Assembly (NCBI RefSeq): GCF_006345805.1 | Contig: NC_043018.1 | Span: 5,704,001-5,768,000, forward strand | DNA: 64,000 nt | Direction: 5' to 3' | From: Octopus sinensis | Lineage: Eukaryota | In this document: positions 12,632-24,389 of the stretch, piece by piece | How the letters are laid out: every line of letters starts with the position of its first letter | Position numbering within the stretch: the first letter of the stretch is position 1 | Position numbers and translations under genes: made by a program | The notes under the pieces: generated by a model | Told to the model about the DNA's origin: nothing | Database searches by the model: none | Seen by the model: the letters and a program-made list of their open reading frames with translations, nothing else

Positions 12632-13135
12632 GGATAAAAATAGTTTTGTATATTTCTAGAAAATTAAATTATTTTCAGATAATTGCTGGGTTTTTTTTTT
12701 TTTTTTAGAAAAACTCCTCTTTGTATTTTGGAAGTATTTAGAAAATACATTTTAAAGAAAAATTTCTATAAATAGGATAAAATAGTTTTAGGTACTACAA
12801 GCGAACAGTGGTCCAGGTGCGCGCTGCGCGCACTTGCGCATCCTCGCTAGCTAGTTGTAAGTAGTCGATCCTACAATTTTTTTAACTAAGTAAATAAATT
12901 ATTTTTATAAACAAACTAGGGTTAGGGTTAAAAAGTCGTTGGAGGATCGACTACTTACGACTAGTAAGCGCAGATGTGCGAGTTCGCTAGTAGTACCATA
13001 GTTTTATGTATTTTTTTTGCATTTCCAGAAAATTGAATTATTTTCAGATAATTGCTGATTTTTTAGAAAAACTCCACTTTGTATTTTGGAAGTATTTAGA
13101 GAATACATTTTAAAGAAAAATTTCTATAAATTTTT
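12632..13135. repeat. ~150-bp tandem duplication whose second copy is interrupted by the MITE
   Basis: aaatagtttt..ttttcagataattgctg..aatttctataaat occurs twice. Confidence 0.8.
12791..12997. mobile_element. 207-bp MITE with GG-starting TIRs and 9-bp TSD (MULE- or Merlin-like), containing TTAGGG repeats
   Basis: TIR ggtactac(a/t)agcgaac. Perfect TSD atagtttta at 12782-12790 and 12998-13006. Inner inverted repeat ctagttgtaagtagtcgatcct/aggatcgactacttacgactag. Confidence 0.85.
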
Positions 13136-13369
13136 CTAAACATATGTTGTACTTTTTTCTGATGTTCATTTCTTACGGCACCCTTTCGACCATGATAGTG
13201 GTGATGGTGAGGCAAGAGATATATATAGAGAGAGGGGGGAGAGACAGACAGACAGAGAAAAAGAGATAGAGAGAGAGACAGACAGATAAAGGAAAAGAGA
13301 TAGAGAGAGACAGACAGACAGAGGGAAAGAGATAGAGAGATAGATATCTTTTCTTCAACCCGAAACGAA

Positions 13370-13590
13370 AATATGAGTGGATTTGGTAGACGGAAACTGA
13401 AAGAAGCCTGTCATCTATGTGTTTGTGTGTCTGTGTTCCCCTCCCCCAGCATCGCTTGACAACCGTTGATGTGTTTACGTCTCCATAACTTAGCGGTTCG
13501 GCAAAACTGACTGATAGAATAAGTACTAGGCTTACAAAGAATAAGTCCTGGTCGCAGTCAAATGACTGAAACAAGTAAAAGAATAAAAGA
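13370..13590 (+). mobile_element. SINE family B, 3' part
   Basis: Consensus match with an internal deletion. Confidence 0.75.
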
Positions 13591-14012
13591 AAAGAATTAT
13601 ATACATATATGTTTTTTTTTGTTGTTTTTTTTTAATGTAACCCCTTGTGAATCATTGGCGGTTTCTTTCCTCTCTCTTCTTCTATTGGACTTTCCTCTGT
13701 TTCTGAAGAAACCACCTTTCTTTCCTTCTCTGAGCGTCTGCTAATACTTTACAAGTTCCACGTCCGCGCGTTGTTTTTTTTTGTGTTTGTTTTTCGTTTT
13801 TTTTGGGCGGGGGATTTACTATATATATATATATATATGTATAATTGATATAAGATAAAATTTTTTCGGGAAAAAATTTTTATCAATGACCAGCATATCA
13901 AAAATTGCCTTTAAAGGTAAAATTTATATTTGGGGTACTTAAGTCTGCTCGGGACTTGGTGCTTGCTTCTTCCGTGGGTATGAATAAGTATTTCATTTAT
14001 ATCTCGGGTATG

Positions 14013-14071
14013 TGCTGCTGAAGAGGGGAAAATTTCTTGTGAATTAACCCCGAAATTGGACCAATACGGTA
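14013..14071 (+). ncRNA. Candidate type I hammerhead ribozyme
   Basis: Helix I TGCTG/CGGTA (2 GU pairs); core CTGAAGA; helix II GGGG..CCCC; GAAA; near-palindromic helix III ATTGG-A-CCAAT; AUA triplet. Confidence 0.6.
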
Positions 14072-14196
14072 ATAACGAATTTTTTAGAGATTTCTATCGG
14101 TTTGTTTCGAGACGCATAAATTTAATGGTTATCGACAATTTTTTGTTTTCGCCGTATCTGGCATTAGAATTTTTCTTCTGCCCTTATCTTGTAAAT

Positions 14197-14276
<80 letters not shown>

Positions 14277-14623
14277 AGAGATGGATAGATAGATAAGTTA
14301 GAGATTAAGCAACCATCTCAGAGATAGTGAATATCCTAGTTACTACTTGATGCATATCTACGTATTTATATCCAAGTGTTTACTATTGCAGTTGAATACT
14401 AGGTAAGGGTGGGGGTAAAAGAGAAATTTACCCAGAATTTATAAGGCAAATAAGAAAATAAGAGTAGTCCTGGGTTTAGCCCAATTGCATGGCATCCTGA
14501 GCCAGTCTTCAATTGTAGCCCTGGGTCAATCAAAGCCATGCAAGTTTATTTCAGCCCTTCACCTGTGCTGCCTCCATGAGACCCAAAGTTCAAAGGGTGC
14601 TTTTTTCTTATTTGCCTTATATA

Positions 14624-14667
<44 letters not shown>

Positions 14668-14835
14668 AAAGTAAGATAGGGGTTATGGGTGTAACTCACT
14701 ATGGGATAGTATTTATCCAATATACTGTTGGTAAAGTACCCAGATTCTTAATACATAAATATTTTTAATTGCAATGCAATTAACTCATTCATTGTATTAA
14801 ACGCGTGAAGGTAAAGAAATATTTTTACTGTAAAT

Positions 14836-15088
14836 TTATAATACGAATAAGAAAATGGAGAAACAAATTTAGTTTGTTCATCAACTTTCAGATATAATAA
14901 TGTTATTATATTATGACTTTCATAATTTCTATTCTTATCTTATATCTTATATGTATTGAATTATAAGATGCATATTTATACTATTAAGGTTCTCATTTTG
15001 TTAAATGAATAAATAATCCAACATTATAATATCTGTAAGTTGATGAACAAACTAAATTTGTTTCTCCATTTTCTTATTTGTATTATAT
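14836..15088. repeat. Inverted repeat, ~69-bp arms and ~115-bp spacer
   Basis: ataagaaaatggagaaacaaatttagtttgttcatcaact / agttgatgaacaaactaaatttgtttctccattttcttat. Confidence 0.85.
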
Positions 15089-15102
15089 ATATATGTGTGT
15101 GT

Positions 15103-15147
<45 letters not shown>

Positions 15148-15407
15148 TACTTCTAATATAAGGATAAAATTTTAATTGCTTTAACACTCATTTTTCATGC
15201 TTGCATGGGTCAGATGGAATTTGTTGATTCAGATAAAATTTGACTGGATGCCCTTCCTGCCACCACCTGTTTCTAAGCAAACTAGTATTTTCCCCATGCC
15301 TTAGCATGTTTTCACAGAAGACTGGGAATGAAGAACGCTGCCTGCATAAAAATGACACTCAATTACTTGTCAAGACATACACACACACACACACATGTAT
15401 ATTTCAT

Positions 15408-16260
15408 CATCATCATCGTTTAACGTCCGTTTTCCGTGCTAGCAAAGGTTGGATGGTTCAACCAGGATCTGGGAAGCCAGGAGGCTGCACCAGACTCCAG
15501 TCTGATCTAGCAGTGTTTCTACAGCTGGATGCCCTTCCTAACGCCAGCCACTCCGTGAGTGTAGTGGGTGCTTTTTACGTGCCACTAGCACAGATGCCAG
15601 GGGAGGCTGGCAGCGGCCACGATCAGTTGGTGCGTTTTACGTGCCACCGGCACAGAAGCCAGTCAAGGTGGTGCTGGCATCGACCACATTCGGATGGTGC
15701 TTTTTACGTATCACCAGCACAGGTATCGTAACTACAATTTCCATTTGATATTTATTTTGATATTGATGTACTTGACTCAATAGGTCTCCTCAAGCACAGC
15801 AGGTCACCCTACGATCCAAGGTAAGAAATATAGAAATATATTCTGTAATCCAAGGTACTTTGGATGGGCTGGGGCCATGCGAAACTGGTGCAGGAAGCAG
15901 CCCGGGTCTTTGCAGTCACAGCATATCTCCAGAGATCTCGGTCGTTCATCATTGCCAATCATCATCATCAACATCATTTAACATCTGTTTTCCATGCTGG
16001 CATGGGTTGGACAGTTTGCTCAAGGTTACAATCTGATTTGGCATGGTCTCTACAGCTTCATGCTATTTCCTAACACCAACTTTTTAAGTGCCTTTTAAGT
16101 GTCACTGGCACAGTTGCCAGTTACAAAACACCAGCACCAACCATGACTGTGATCCCACTTGGCTTGCTATACTGCCAAAGTTCTCAGTCACTCGTCACTG
16201 CCTCCATGGGGCCCAAAATTCAAAGGGCGCTTCTTTTTACATGCCACCAGCACAGGTGAA
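15408..16260 (-). mobile_element. Two adjacent RTE 3' fragments (family C subfamilies)
   Basis: (ATC)n tails at about 15408 and 15960. First copy includes the ORF end DRDLWRYAVTAKTR. Confidence 0.75.
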
Positions 16261-16304
16261 GGGCTGAAATAAACTTGCAGGGCTTTGATTGACCCAGGGA
16301 TACT

Positions 16305-16482
16305 CTTTTACTTGTTTCAGTCATTTGACTGTGACCATGCAGGAGCACCGCCTTTTAGTTGAGCAAATCGACCCCAGGACTTATTCTTTGTAAACCTAGT
16401 ACTTATTCTATCAGTCTTTTTTGGTTGTCAAGCGATGTTGGTGGGGACAAATACAGACACACAAACATATACACACACATAC

Positions 16483-16519
<37 letters not shown>

Positions 16520-16685
16520 ATACACACATATATATACGACAGGCTTCTTTCAATTTCCATCTACCAAATCCACTCACAAGGCTTTGGTCGGCCCGAGGTT
16601 ATAGTAGAAGACACTATCCCAAGGTGCCATGCAGTGGGACTGAATCCGGAACCATGTGGTTCGTAAGCAAGCTACTTACCACATG
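16305..16685 (-). mobile_element. SINE family B
   Basis: Consensus match. Confidence 0.85.
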
Positions 16686-17116
16686 GGCCAGTGTATTTAT
16701 ATATATATATCTTTTCTACTCTAGGCTCAAGGCCTGAAATTTTGGGGGAAGGAGCCAAGTCAATTATATCGACCCCAGTATGTAATTGGTATTTAATTTA
16801 TTGACCATGAAAGGGTGAAAGGCAAAGTTGAACTCGGTGGAATTTGAACTCAGAATGTAAAGACAGACACATACATATACACACAATTATGGCAAAGGTA
16901 AACAATATGCACTCCCTAGTGTTTAGGGTTAGGGTTACACCGAAAATGGGTGCTGTGCATATTCTTTATCTTCACCCACAATTATATAATATATATTTAT
17001 GTTATAGAAATATATTCAATGAGAGAGAGAGTGAGAGAGAGAAAAAGAGATACATAGACCCATATATCTATAAACATGTGTGCGCATGTATTCATGTACA
17101 TATATATATATATATA

Positions 17117-18303
17117 TCATCATCATCATCATCGTTTAACGTCCGCTTTCCATGCTAGCATGAGTTGGACGATTTGACTGAGGACTGGCGAACCAGATGG
17201 CCGCACCAGGCTCCAATCTTGATCTGGCAGAGTTTCAACAGCTGGATGCCCTTCCTAACGCCAACCACTCCAAGAGTGTAGTGGGTGCTTTTATGTGCTA
17301 CTGGCACGAGGGCCAGTCAGGCGGTACTGGCAACGCCCACGTTCAAATGGTGTTTTTTTACGTGCCACCGGCACAGGAACCAGTCTAGTGGCATTGGCAA
17401 CGACCTCGCTCGAATGTTTTCCACGTGCCAGTAAGGCAACGCTGGTAACGATCACGCTTGAATGGTGCATTTTACGTGCCACCGGCATGGAAGCCAGAGC
17501 TAATGCTCTGGCAATGATCGTTCTTGGATGGTGCTCTTAGCACTCCACTAGCACAGAAGCCAGTCATCGAATTTGATTTCGATTTCAACTTCACTTGCCT
17601 CAACAGGTCTTCACAAGCAGAGTTTAGTATCCAATGAAGGAAAGGTATGCATAAGTGGGCTAGTTACACCCCTGGCATAGGCCACGCAGTTATGGTCTCA
17701 TTTGGCTTGCCAGGTCTTCTCAAGCGCAGCATATTTCCAAAAGTCTCAGTCACCAGTCATTGCCTCGGTGAGGCCTAATGTTTGAAGGTCTTGCTTCACC
17801 ACTTCATCTCAGGTCTTCCTGGGTCTACCTCTTCCACAGGTTCCCTCAACCACTAGGGTGTGGCACTTTTTCACACAGCTATCCTCATCCATTCTCGCCA
17901 CATGACCATACCAGCACAGTTGTCTCTCTTGCACACTACACCTGATGCTTTTCTCTCAAGGTACTTACACTCTGTCGAGTATGCACGCTGACATTACACA
18001 TCCACCGGATCATACTGGTTTCATTCCTTGTGAGCTTACGCATGTCCTCAGCAGTCATGACCCATTTTTCACTGCCATGTAGCATGGCTGTTCATACACA
18101 TGCATCATACAGTCTACCTTTCACTCTGAGCGAGAGGCCTTTTGTCACCAGCAGAGGCAAGAGCCCTCTGAACTTTGCCCAGACTATTCTTATTCTAGCA
18201 GCTACACTTTCAGCACACCCTCCCCCGCTACTGACGGGGTCACCTAGGTAACAGAAGCTATCAGCTACTTCTAGTTTTTCTCCCTGGAATGTAACAGAAA
18301 TCG
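17117..18303 (-). mobile_element. 5'-truncated RTE-clade LINE: degenerate ORF C-terminus (about 17698-18303) plus ~580-bp 3' UTR
   Basis: EKLEVADSFCYLGD..GGGCAESVAARIRIVWAKFRGLLPLL..KGRLYDACV..MLHGSEKW..WYGHVARM..GRGRP, stop at 17698-17700, then the 3' UTR shared by all family C copies and a (GAT)n tail. Confidence 0.9.
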
Positions 18304-18308
18304 TTCTT

Positions 18309-18374
<66 letters not shown>

Positions 18375-18377
<3 letters not shown>

Positions 18378-18637
18378 TGCTGTGTCTGGGGAGAGTCACT
18401 CTCTTCTAGTGCACTACAACTCAACACACTCACCAGTAAAACTTCCACCCATTTTCCCCTTATTCCTCCAAAATTCCTACTGTGTCCTGCAACCCCTTCA
18501 GTCAAAACTACTGAAAAGGTTGCAAGACGCAACAAAAATTTTAGAAAAATAAAAAAGAAATAAGTGGAAACTCCACCGGTGGACGTGTTAAACCACAAAG
18601 TACCAAAAGAGAATGACTCTCCCCAGACACAACAGTA
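18375..18637. mobile_element. ~260-bp MITE with ~29-bp TIRs at a TA site
   Basis: tactgctgtgtctggggagagtcactctc / gagaatgactctccccagacacaacagta. Confidence 0.8.
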
Positions 18638-18789
18638 TATGCTGTTGTGTCTGGGAACAAACTCACCTAAAGAATCTTGTAAACCAAATCCAAAAACGAA
18701 ATATATTGGGTTGTCTGGAAAGTTTGTGCTGATTTTTAAAGGAAAGAAAAAGGTCAATAAATACTTGCCATTACATTTTTAATCAACCA

Positions 18790-19041
18790 AATATGAACCA
18801 TTTTGTTGCACAATGCGTCTCCATCTTCCCAGAATTGAGATGGTTTCATGGCAAAGAATTCATCAAGGTATCTTTTTACGTCATCCAAGGAATTGAAATT
18901 TTTACCATTAACAATATTCTGCAGAGACCTGAATAAGTGGAAATCCAAAGGAGCAATATCTGGGGAATATGGAGGGTGGGATAACACATCCCAGCCGAGC
19001 TGCAGCAATTTTTGTCTGGTTCCCAAAGCATCAAGTACCAA
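18790..19041 (-). mobile_element. mariner transposase C-terminal fragment
   Basis: LGWDVLSHPPYSPDIAPLDFHLFRSLQN..GKNF..FFA.K..FWEDG contains the mariner YSPDLAPSD motif. Confidence 0.9.
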
Positions 19042-19593
19042 AAATGAACTTTCTTATCTTCCATTTTAAAGGGTTACAGAATTAACACAGATTATAGGAA
19101 CATAAATCTTCTTCCATAAAACTTAGCAGTTCAGCAAAAGTGACCGATAGAATAAGTACTAGGCTTACAAAGACTAAGCCCTGGGGTTGATTTGCTCGAC
19201 TAAAAGGTGGTGCTCCAGCATAGCCACAGTTAAATGACTGAAACAAGTAAAAGAGAGATCTGTAAAAGATCAGTAGTTGCCCACACATGCCAGTTTTCCT
19301 TCTTCAAACTGCCGATGTAGACCATGGGAAAGGCAAGGGCCGATACAGCATGGCACCAGTGTCTTTGGCAACTTACTTCTACAGCTGAGTGAAATGGAGC
19401 AACATGAAATAAAGTGTCTTGCTCAAGAACATAATGTACTGCCGGGTCCGAAAATCAAACCAACAACTTTACAATTGTAAGCGCAACCTTCTAACCATGC
19501 ACCTACACACACACACACACACACACACATACATACATGCGACAGACTTCCACACAGTTTCCGTCAACAACCAAATTATAGAATTATAGAATT

Positions 19594-20008
19594 GGATCTT
19601 TTCGGTTTGAACGGCAGTTTTTTCTAGCGGTGTCATATGAAATTGTCCCCCATAATTATGACCCTAGTATCAATCTATTGCATTTCAATCTGTTTTAGGG
19701 TTAGGATTAGGTATGAGGGAAAGGGTATCTTTTTTTCTTCAGAAATGTAAATAAACCCAATGTTTCTTAAACGAGGGACATATACATACGGCACAGAATG
19801 TTTTTACCTCAATAGACGTCATTGATTGGTTGAAATTGCAGAAATTGAAGAAAAAAACAACAAATATCTTACAAACTATAGAATTTTCTCAATAAAACCA
19901 AGAGAAAAAGATGTTTTATAAACACATTCTACCAGTATACGAAGTTTACAAGTGTTTAGTTACGTGGAAATTATTTTAAAAAAACTGCCGGTCAAACCGA
20001 AAAGCTCC
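19594..20008. mobile_element. Second copy of the ~410-bp TAACCC-containing MITE, opposite orientation
   Basis: TIR ggatcttttcggtttgaacggcagtttttt / aaaactgccggtcaaaccgaaaagctcc. Body is the reverse complement of 3931-4335. Confidence 0.85.
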
Positions 20009-21641
20009 TAATGTACTGTCTGGTCCGAGAATCAAACTCACAACTTTACAATTGTAAGCACAACCTTCTAACCACTAAACCACACACATACATGCGATAA
20101 GGCTTCCACACAGTTTCCGTCAACAACCAAATTATAGAATTATAGAATTTTTGGAGATTTCTCTTTTGTTCTTATTATTTCCTTTGCCATATAACTTATA
20201 TCATCTGACAACATTCGAGTTGAACGGCTAGACTCACGTGTTTTCTACATTATTATCCTCATGTGATCGATCAAAATCCGATGATTTCCTATTACCACTC
20301 GTCAAACACAGATCTTTAACCTTTATCTCTCAATCATCTTAAATCATTAATTCTTCTACTGGACATCATAAAATATATTTAATATTGCACTTCCAAAGTT
20401 ACACGAATACTTTTATTTACAAGCCTGTATGATAGAAATTATCTATCAGGCCTTGTTTGTAAAGAAAAAAAGGCTTTGTTCAACGAAATTAAGTTTTGTT
20501 GTTTATTTTTTCTCCAATAACAAAACTTTGACGATAAAAGATAAAAATGCTTAGAAACATTTTAGTCACTAAAAAAAATTGTAAATATTGAAAAAGTTGC
20601 AAGACGCAACGAAAATTTCAAGAAAATAAAAATAAGAATTTGTAAATTGCTTCTGTGTAAATAAATCGACAGTAAGTTGGACGACATAACAACAAAACAA
20701 GTAATTCATCGTTAGGTTAAGATTGACCTACATTTGAAACTATGTAACTAAAAATAAGAAGAAATGAATATTATATAAAGCTAGTAATAATAGACGTAGC
20801 GGGAAGTTGCACCATCAAATTTCTTGATAGATCTAAAGTTTTGGTGGTACTTGGTTGACCATTTATTGGGGGTGAGATAGGTATGCAATGAATACAAGAA
20901 GAATCAGGTTTCGATTCCTGAGCAAATAAAATATGTTGTTAGTAAATAAATTACGATTAGAGTTTAGATAATAGAATTTGTATGAGTTATTGTAGGTTGT
21001 GATGTGGTTGGTGTTTAGCCCAGGGGGGTCTGCTCTGAATGAGTTGAACTATATTCAAAGGCGTCCTAGCCGTGACCAGCCTGTGTAGGTTTACTTTCTT
21101 TATCTAGAATAACATGGTTAAATGAATCACTTTATTTTTTTTTTTAAAAAGATGGCAAGGTAAATTTTAGAGAATTTAGTTGCTATTTCTCGCATGTTGA
21201 GTGACTTTGTAGAGGTTCTCTTGTTGAAAGTTAAATGAATGTGTGTGTGTGTTGTGATTACGTTAAAGTAAGGTGTTAGTTAAAGCGGGTGTATTTTTAT
21301 AGTTTTCAGTAACAGGTTGTAAATGTATAATTAACTTTTCTGTTTTATTTTGACAAGAAAAGTTGCAATGTGATTGTTTATCGAATATAAACAAGCATAA
21401 AATAAATGATTATTTTCATATTCCTCACGCACACACATGCACGCGCATAATATACAGAAGATTCGAAATATGACGTGGCGGTTGACCCAGTGGCCAAAAC
21501 GTTCGGCTAATCATGTGTACCGTATGTGTGTATCAGAAAATTAAATGACAAAGGAAATAGACAATTATCTTATGAATTCCATTAGCTTACAGCTGTTTCT
21601 ACTCGAAGATGCTGTCGACTCATAGTAGAGCGCTAGATATA

Positions 21642-22146
21642 TCTATATATATAAAACTCTAGTTGTGTGAGTGTCTGTCCCCTTCGATTTAGATTCCTAA
21701 CTCCTCCCACACTTTGCGGTGCAGTTTAACCAAATTCGGGTATCTTATAGTCGTGATTCATATCGAGCCCGTCTGACTATTAGCGCGCGTCAACGATGAG
21801 TCTACGATTTTAAAAATAATTTAACATCATTTTTTATTCCATTTTAATGCATAAAACGCATCGTATGTCGATGGCGGCGGAGTTGGCGTCCACGCTCACA
21901 GCTGCACCTGTTTGCTTCTCCCCCTTCCCTCCCTCGTGAAGCTGTGGGGAAGGGAGTGTAAAGAAATCAACGTCGTAATGCGTTGTGAAGAAACCAGCGT
22001 TCTTTTAGAACAACGACTTCATGGCTTGAAGACACCAAAACAAAAATGGCTAAGAAAGCCCGAATTTATAAGGGAAGTAACTCTCTAAAAATGCTTATAT
22101 AGTTATTTCCCTTACAAACCCGAGCAACGCCGGGCGATACTGCTAG
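21642..22146 (+). mobile_element. Non-autonomous Helitron, copy 1
   Basis: A|TC 5' end (tctatatatataaaac), subterminal GC hairpin cccgagcaacgccggg and CTAG 3' end. Confidence 0.88.
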
Positions 22147-22538
22147 TCTATATATATAAAACTGTAGTTGTGTGAGTGTCTGTCTCCTACGATTTAGATT
22201 CCTAACAACTCCCACATTTTGCGGTGCAGTGTAACCAAAAGCGGGTATCTTATAGTCGTGATTCATATCGAGCCCTTCTGGGTATTAGCGCGCGTCTGCG
22301 ATGAGTCTACGATTTTAAAAATAATTTACCATCATTTTTTTCCATTTTAATGCATTTTTTCGCTATTATATAAGGGAAGCAACTCTCTAAAAATGCCTAC
22401 GATGAGTCAACGATTTAAAAAAAAATTTACCATAATTTTTTTCCATTTTTTTTTGCTATTTTTTTGCTATAACTCTCTAAAAATGCTTATATAGTTATTT
22501 CCCTTACAAACCCGAGCAACGCCGCGCGATACTGCTAG
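22147..22538 (+). mobile_element. Non-autonomous Helitron, copy 2, head-to-tail with copy 1
   Basis: Exact CTAG|TC junction at 22146/22147, same termini, followed by T. Confidence 0.88.
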
Positions 22539-22656
22539 TATATATATATATAGTCAATAATAATAAGGGTAAAATTAATTAATTAGTAATTAATAATTTG
22601 ACCAAGCAGTGTTCAGTATGTAAAAGGACCATTTACAGTAAATTTAAACATTACTT

Positions 22657-22768
22657 TATATAATTAGGGTTCAGCAAAAAAATTTACTTTGCCACACACC
22701 GAACTTTTAGAAATAGCAGCCAAAGTGTGTGGTAAAGTAAATTTTTTTGCTGAACCCTAATTATATAT
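22657..22768. repeat. Fold-back palindrome, ~43-bp arms
   Basis: tataattagggttcagcaaaaaaatttactttgccacacac / gtgtgtggtaaagtaaatttttttgctgaaccctaattata. Confidence 0.9.
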
Positions 22769-23019
22769 CTCTCTTTTTCTCTTTTACTTGTTTCAGTCAT
22801 TTGAACTGCGGCCATGCTGGAGCACCGCCTTTAATCGAGCAACTCGACCCCGGGACTTATTCTTTTGTAAGCCCAGTACTTATTCTATCGGTCTCTTTTG
22901 CCGAACCGCTAAGTGACATATATATATATATGTATGTATGTATGTATATATATATATTCTCTTATATGTTTCTGTCCAATGACTGTGGCTATGCTAAAAA
23001 ATAAATGCGCCCTTTTAAA

Positions 23020-23250
23020 GCCTAGCCAGGCTCATGGGCCCTGCTTCCTGGTTTCAATGAAGTATGTGTTCCCCAGCTGGACGAGACGCCAGTCCATCGC
23101 AGCGTTACTCATTTTTGCCAGCTGAGTGGACTGGAGCAACGTGAAATGAAGTGTTTTGCTCAAGAACACAACGCGTCGCCCGGTCCAGGAATCGAAACCA
23201 CAAACCTACGATCATGGTGCTGACAGCCTAACCACTAAGCCACGCGCCTC
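23020..23250 (-). mobile_element. tRNA-derived SINE related to family D
   Basis: Minus strand reads ggcgcgtggcttagtggttagg..ggtttcgattcctggaccggg..ttcttgagcaaaacacttcatttc. Confidence 0.7.
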
Positions 23251-24389
23251 CACACACACGTGTACAGGTAGATAGACAGACAGACAGGTAGATAGATAGA
23301 TAGATAGATAGATAGACACACATACAATGTACGAGTATATATATGTGTATATGTATGAATGTATACACACACACACATACCACATGTGCATGCTAAATAA
23401 GCTTTGCATGTGTGTGTGTGTGTGTGTGCACGTACGCGTGTTGAATCATTACTGTAGTGTTAACAACGGTTCGTTTCGTTGCTATCATACCCGACATAGC
23501 ATATCTACAGGGTTGTTTTTTTTCTCTTTTAGCCACTCTTGTCAGATTAAACGACGATTGTAAGTAATTCCGTCTGTACAATATTATGATTTATACAGAC
23601 AATTAAAAGAGAGAAACAGCTGTATAGATTCTTCGACACTTTTGCGGGGAGTCGAACATCAACCACAAACAAGCATGTGACTTGACAACATGTACCATAC
23701 CGACTACACCCAGCGGAATAGTCAGGATGAGACAGCTTGTGTGTGTGTGAGAGAGAGAGAGAGACAGAGAGAGAGAGAGAGACGGTGCGCCTACACGTGG
23801 TTGGCATTAATTACAGCTGAGTAGAGTAAAAAATTAAGTGCCTCGCTCTCACACACAATGTGATACGCTTGTTCCTAGAAATGAACACCTATGTGTGTGT
23901 GTGTATGTGTGCGTGCGTGTGTGTGTGTATGTGTGCGTGCGTGTGTGTGTGTATGTGTGTGTGTGTGTGTGTATGTGTGCGTGCGTGTGTGTGTGCATGA
24001 GTGTGTGGTATTAATTGCAGCTGTGTAGACTAAAAAATGAAGCGCCTCGCTCTCAGAAAACAATGTGCCACGCTCATGAACACCTGGCCTTACTTATTAC
24101 TATGAACCCTCACTGTGTGTGTGTGTATGTGTGTGTGTGTGCATGAGTGTGTATTACTCTTTATACTCTTTTACTTGTTTCAGTCATTTGACTGCGGCCA
24201 TGTTGGAGCACCGCCTTTAGTCGAGCAAATCGACCCCGGGACTTATTCTTTGTAAGCCCAGTACTTATTCTATCGGTCTCTTTTGCCGAACCGCTGGTGG
24301 TATTTTTGCTTTGGAATGGATCTCGAAGCACATATTAATAAATAATCTTTTCAGTTATAAGCACATGGCCAGCAATTTTGGCTTGACAA

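Noticed and set aside
16920-16937. Interstitial telomere or chromosome-fusion scar
   Set aside because: Only 2-3 TTAGGG units here and elsewhere, mostly inside transposons.
18092-18757. 221-aa minus-strand ORF
   Set aside because: Chimera of MITE sequence, microsatellite and an RTE ORF fragment.
20760-20880. Minus frame INGQPSTTKTLDLSRNLMVQLPATSII resembling a heparanase C-terminus
   Set aside because: No usable splice acceptor, weak similarity, no FFV or terminal Cys motif.
21560-21640. Minus-strand GAAACAGCTGTA with palindromic helix III
   Set aside because: No intact CUGANGA core or helix II; at most a decayed hammerhead. The same applies to 6427-6465 and 23608-23625.
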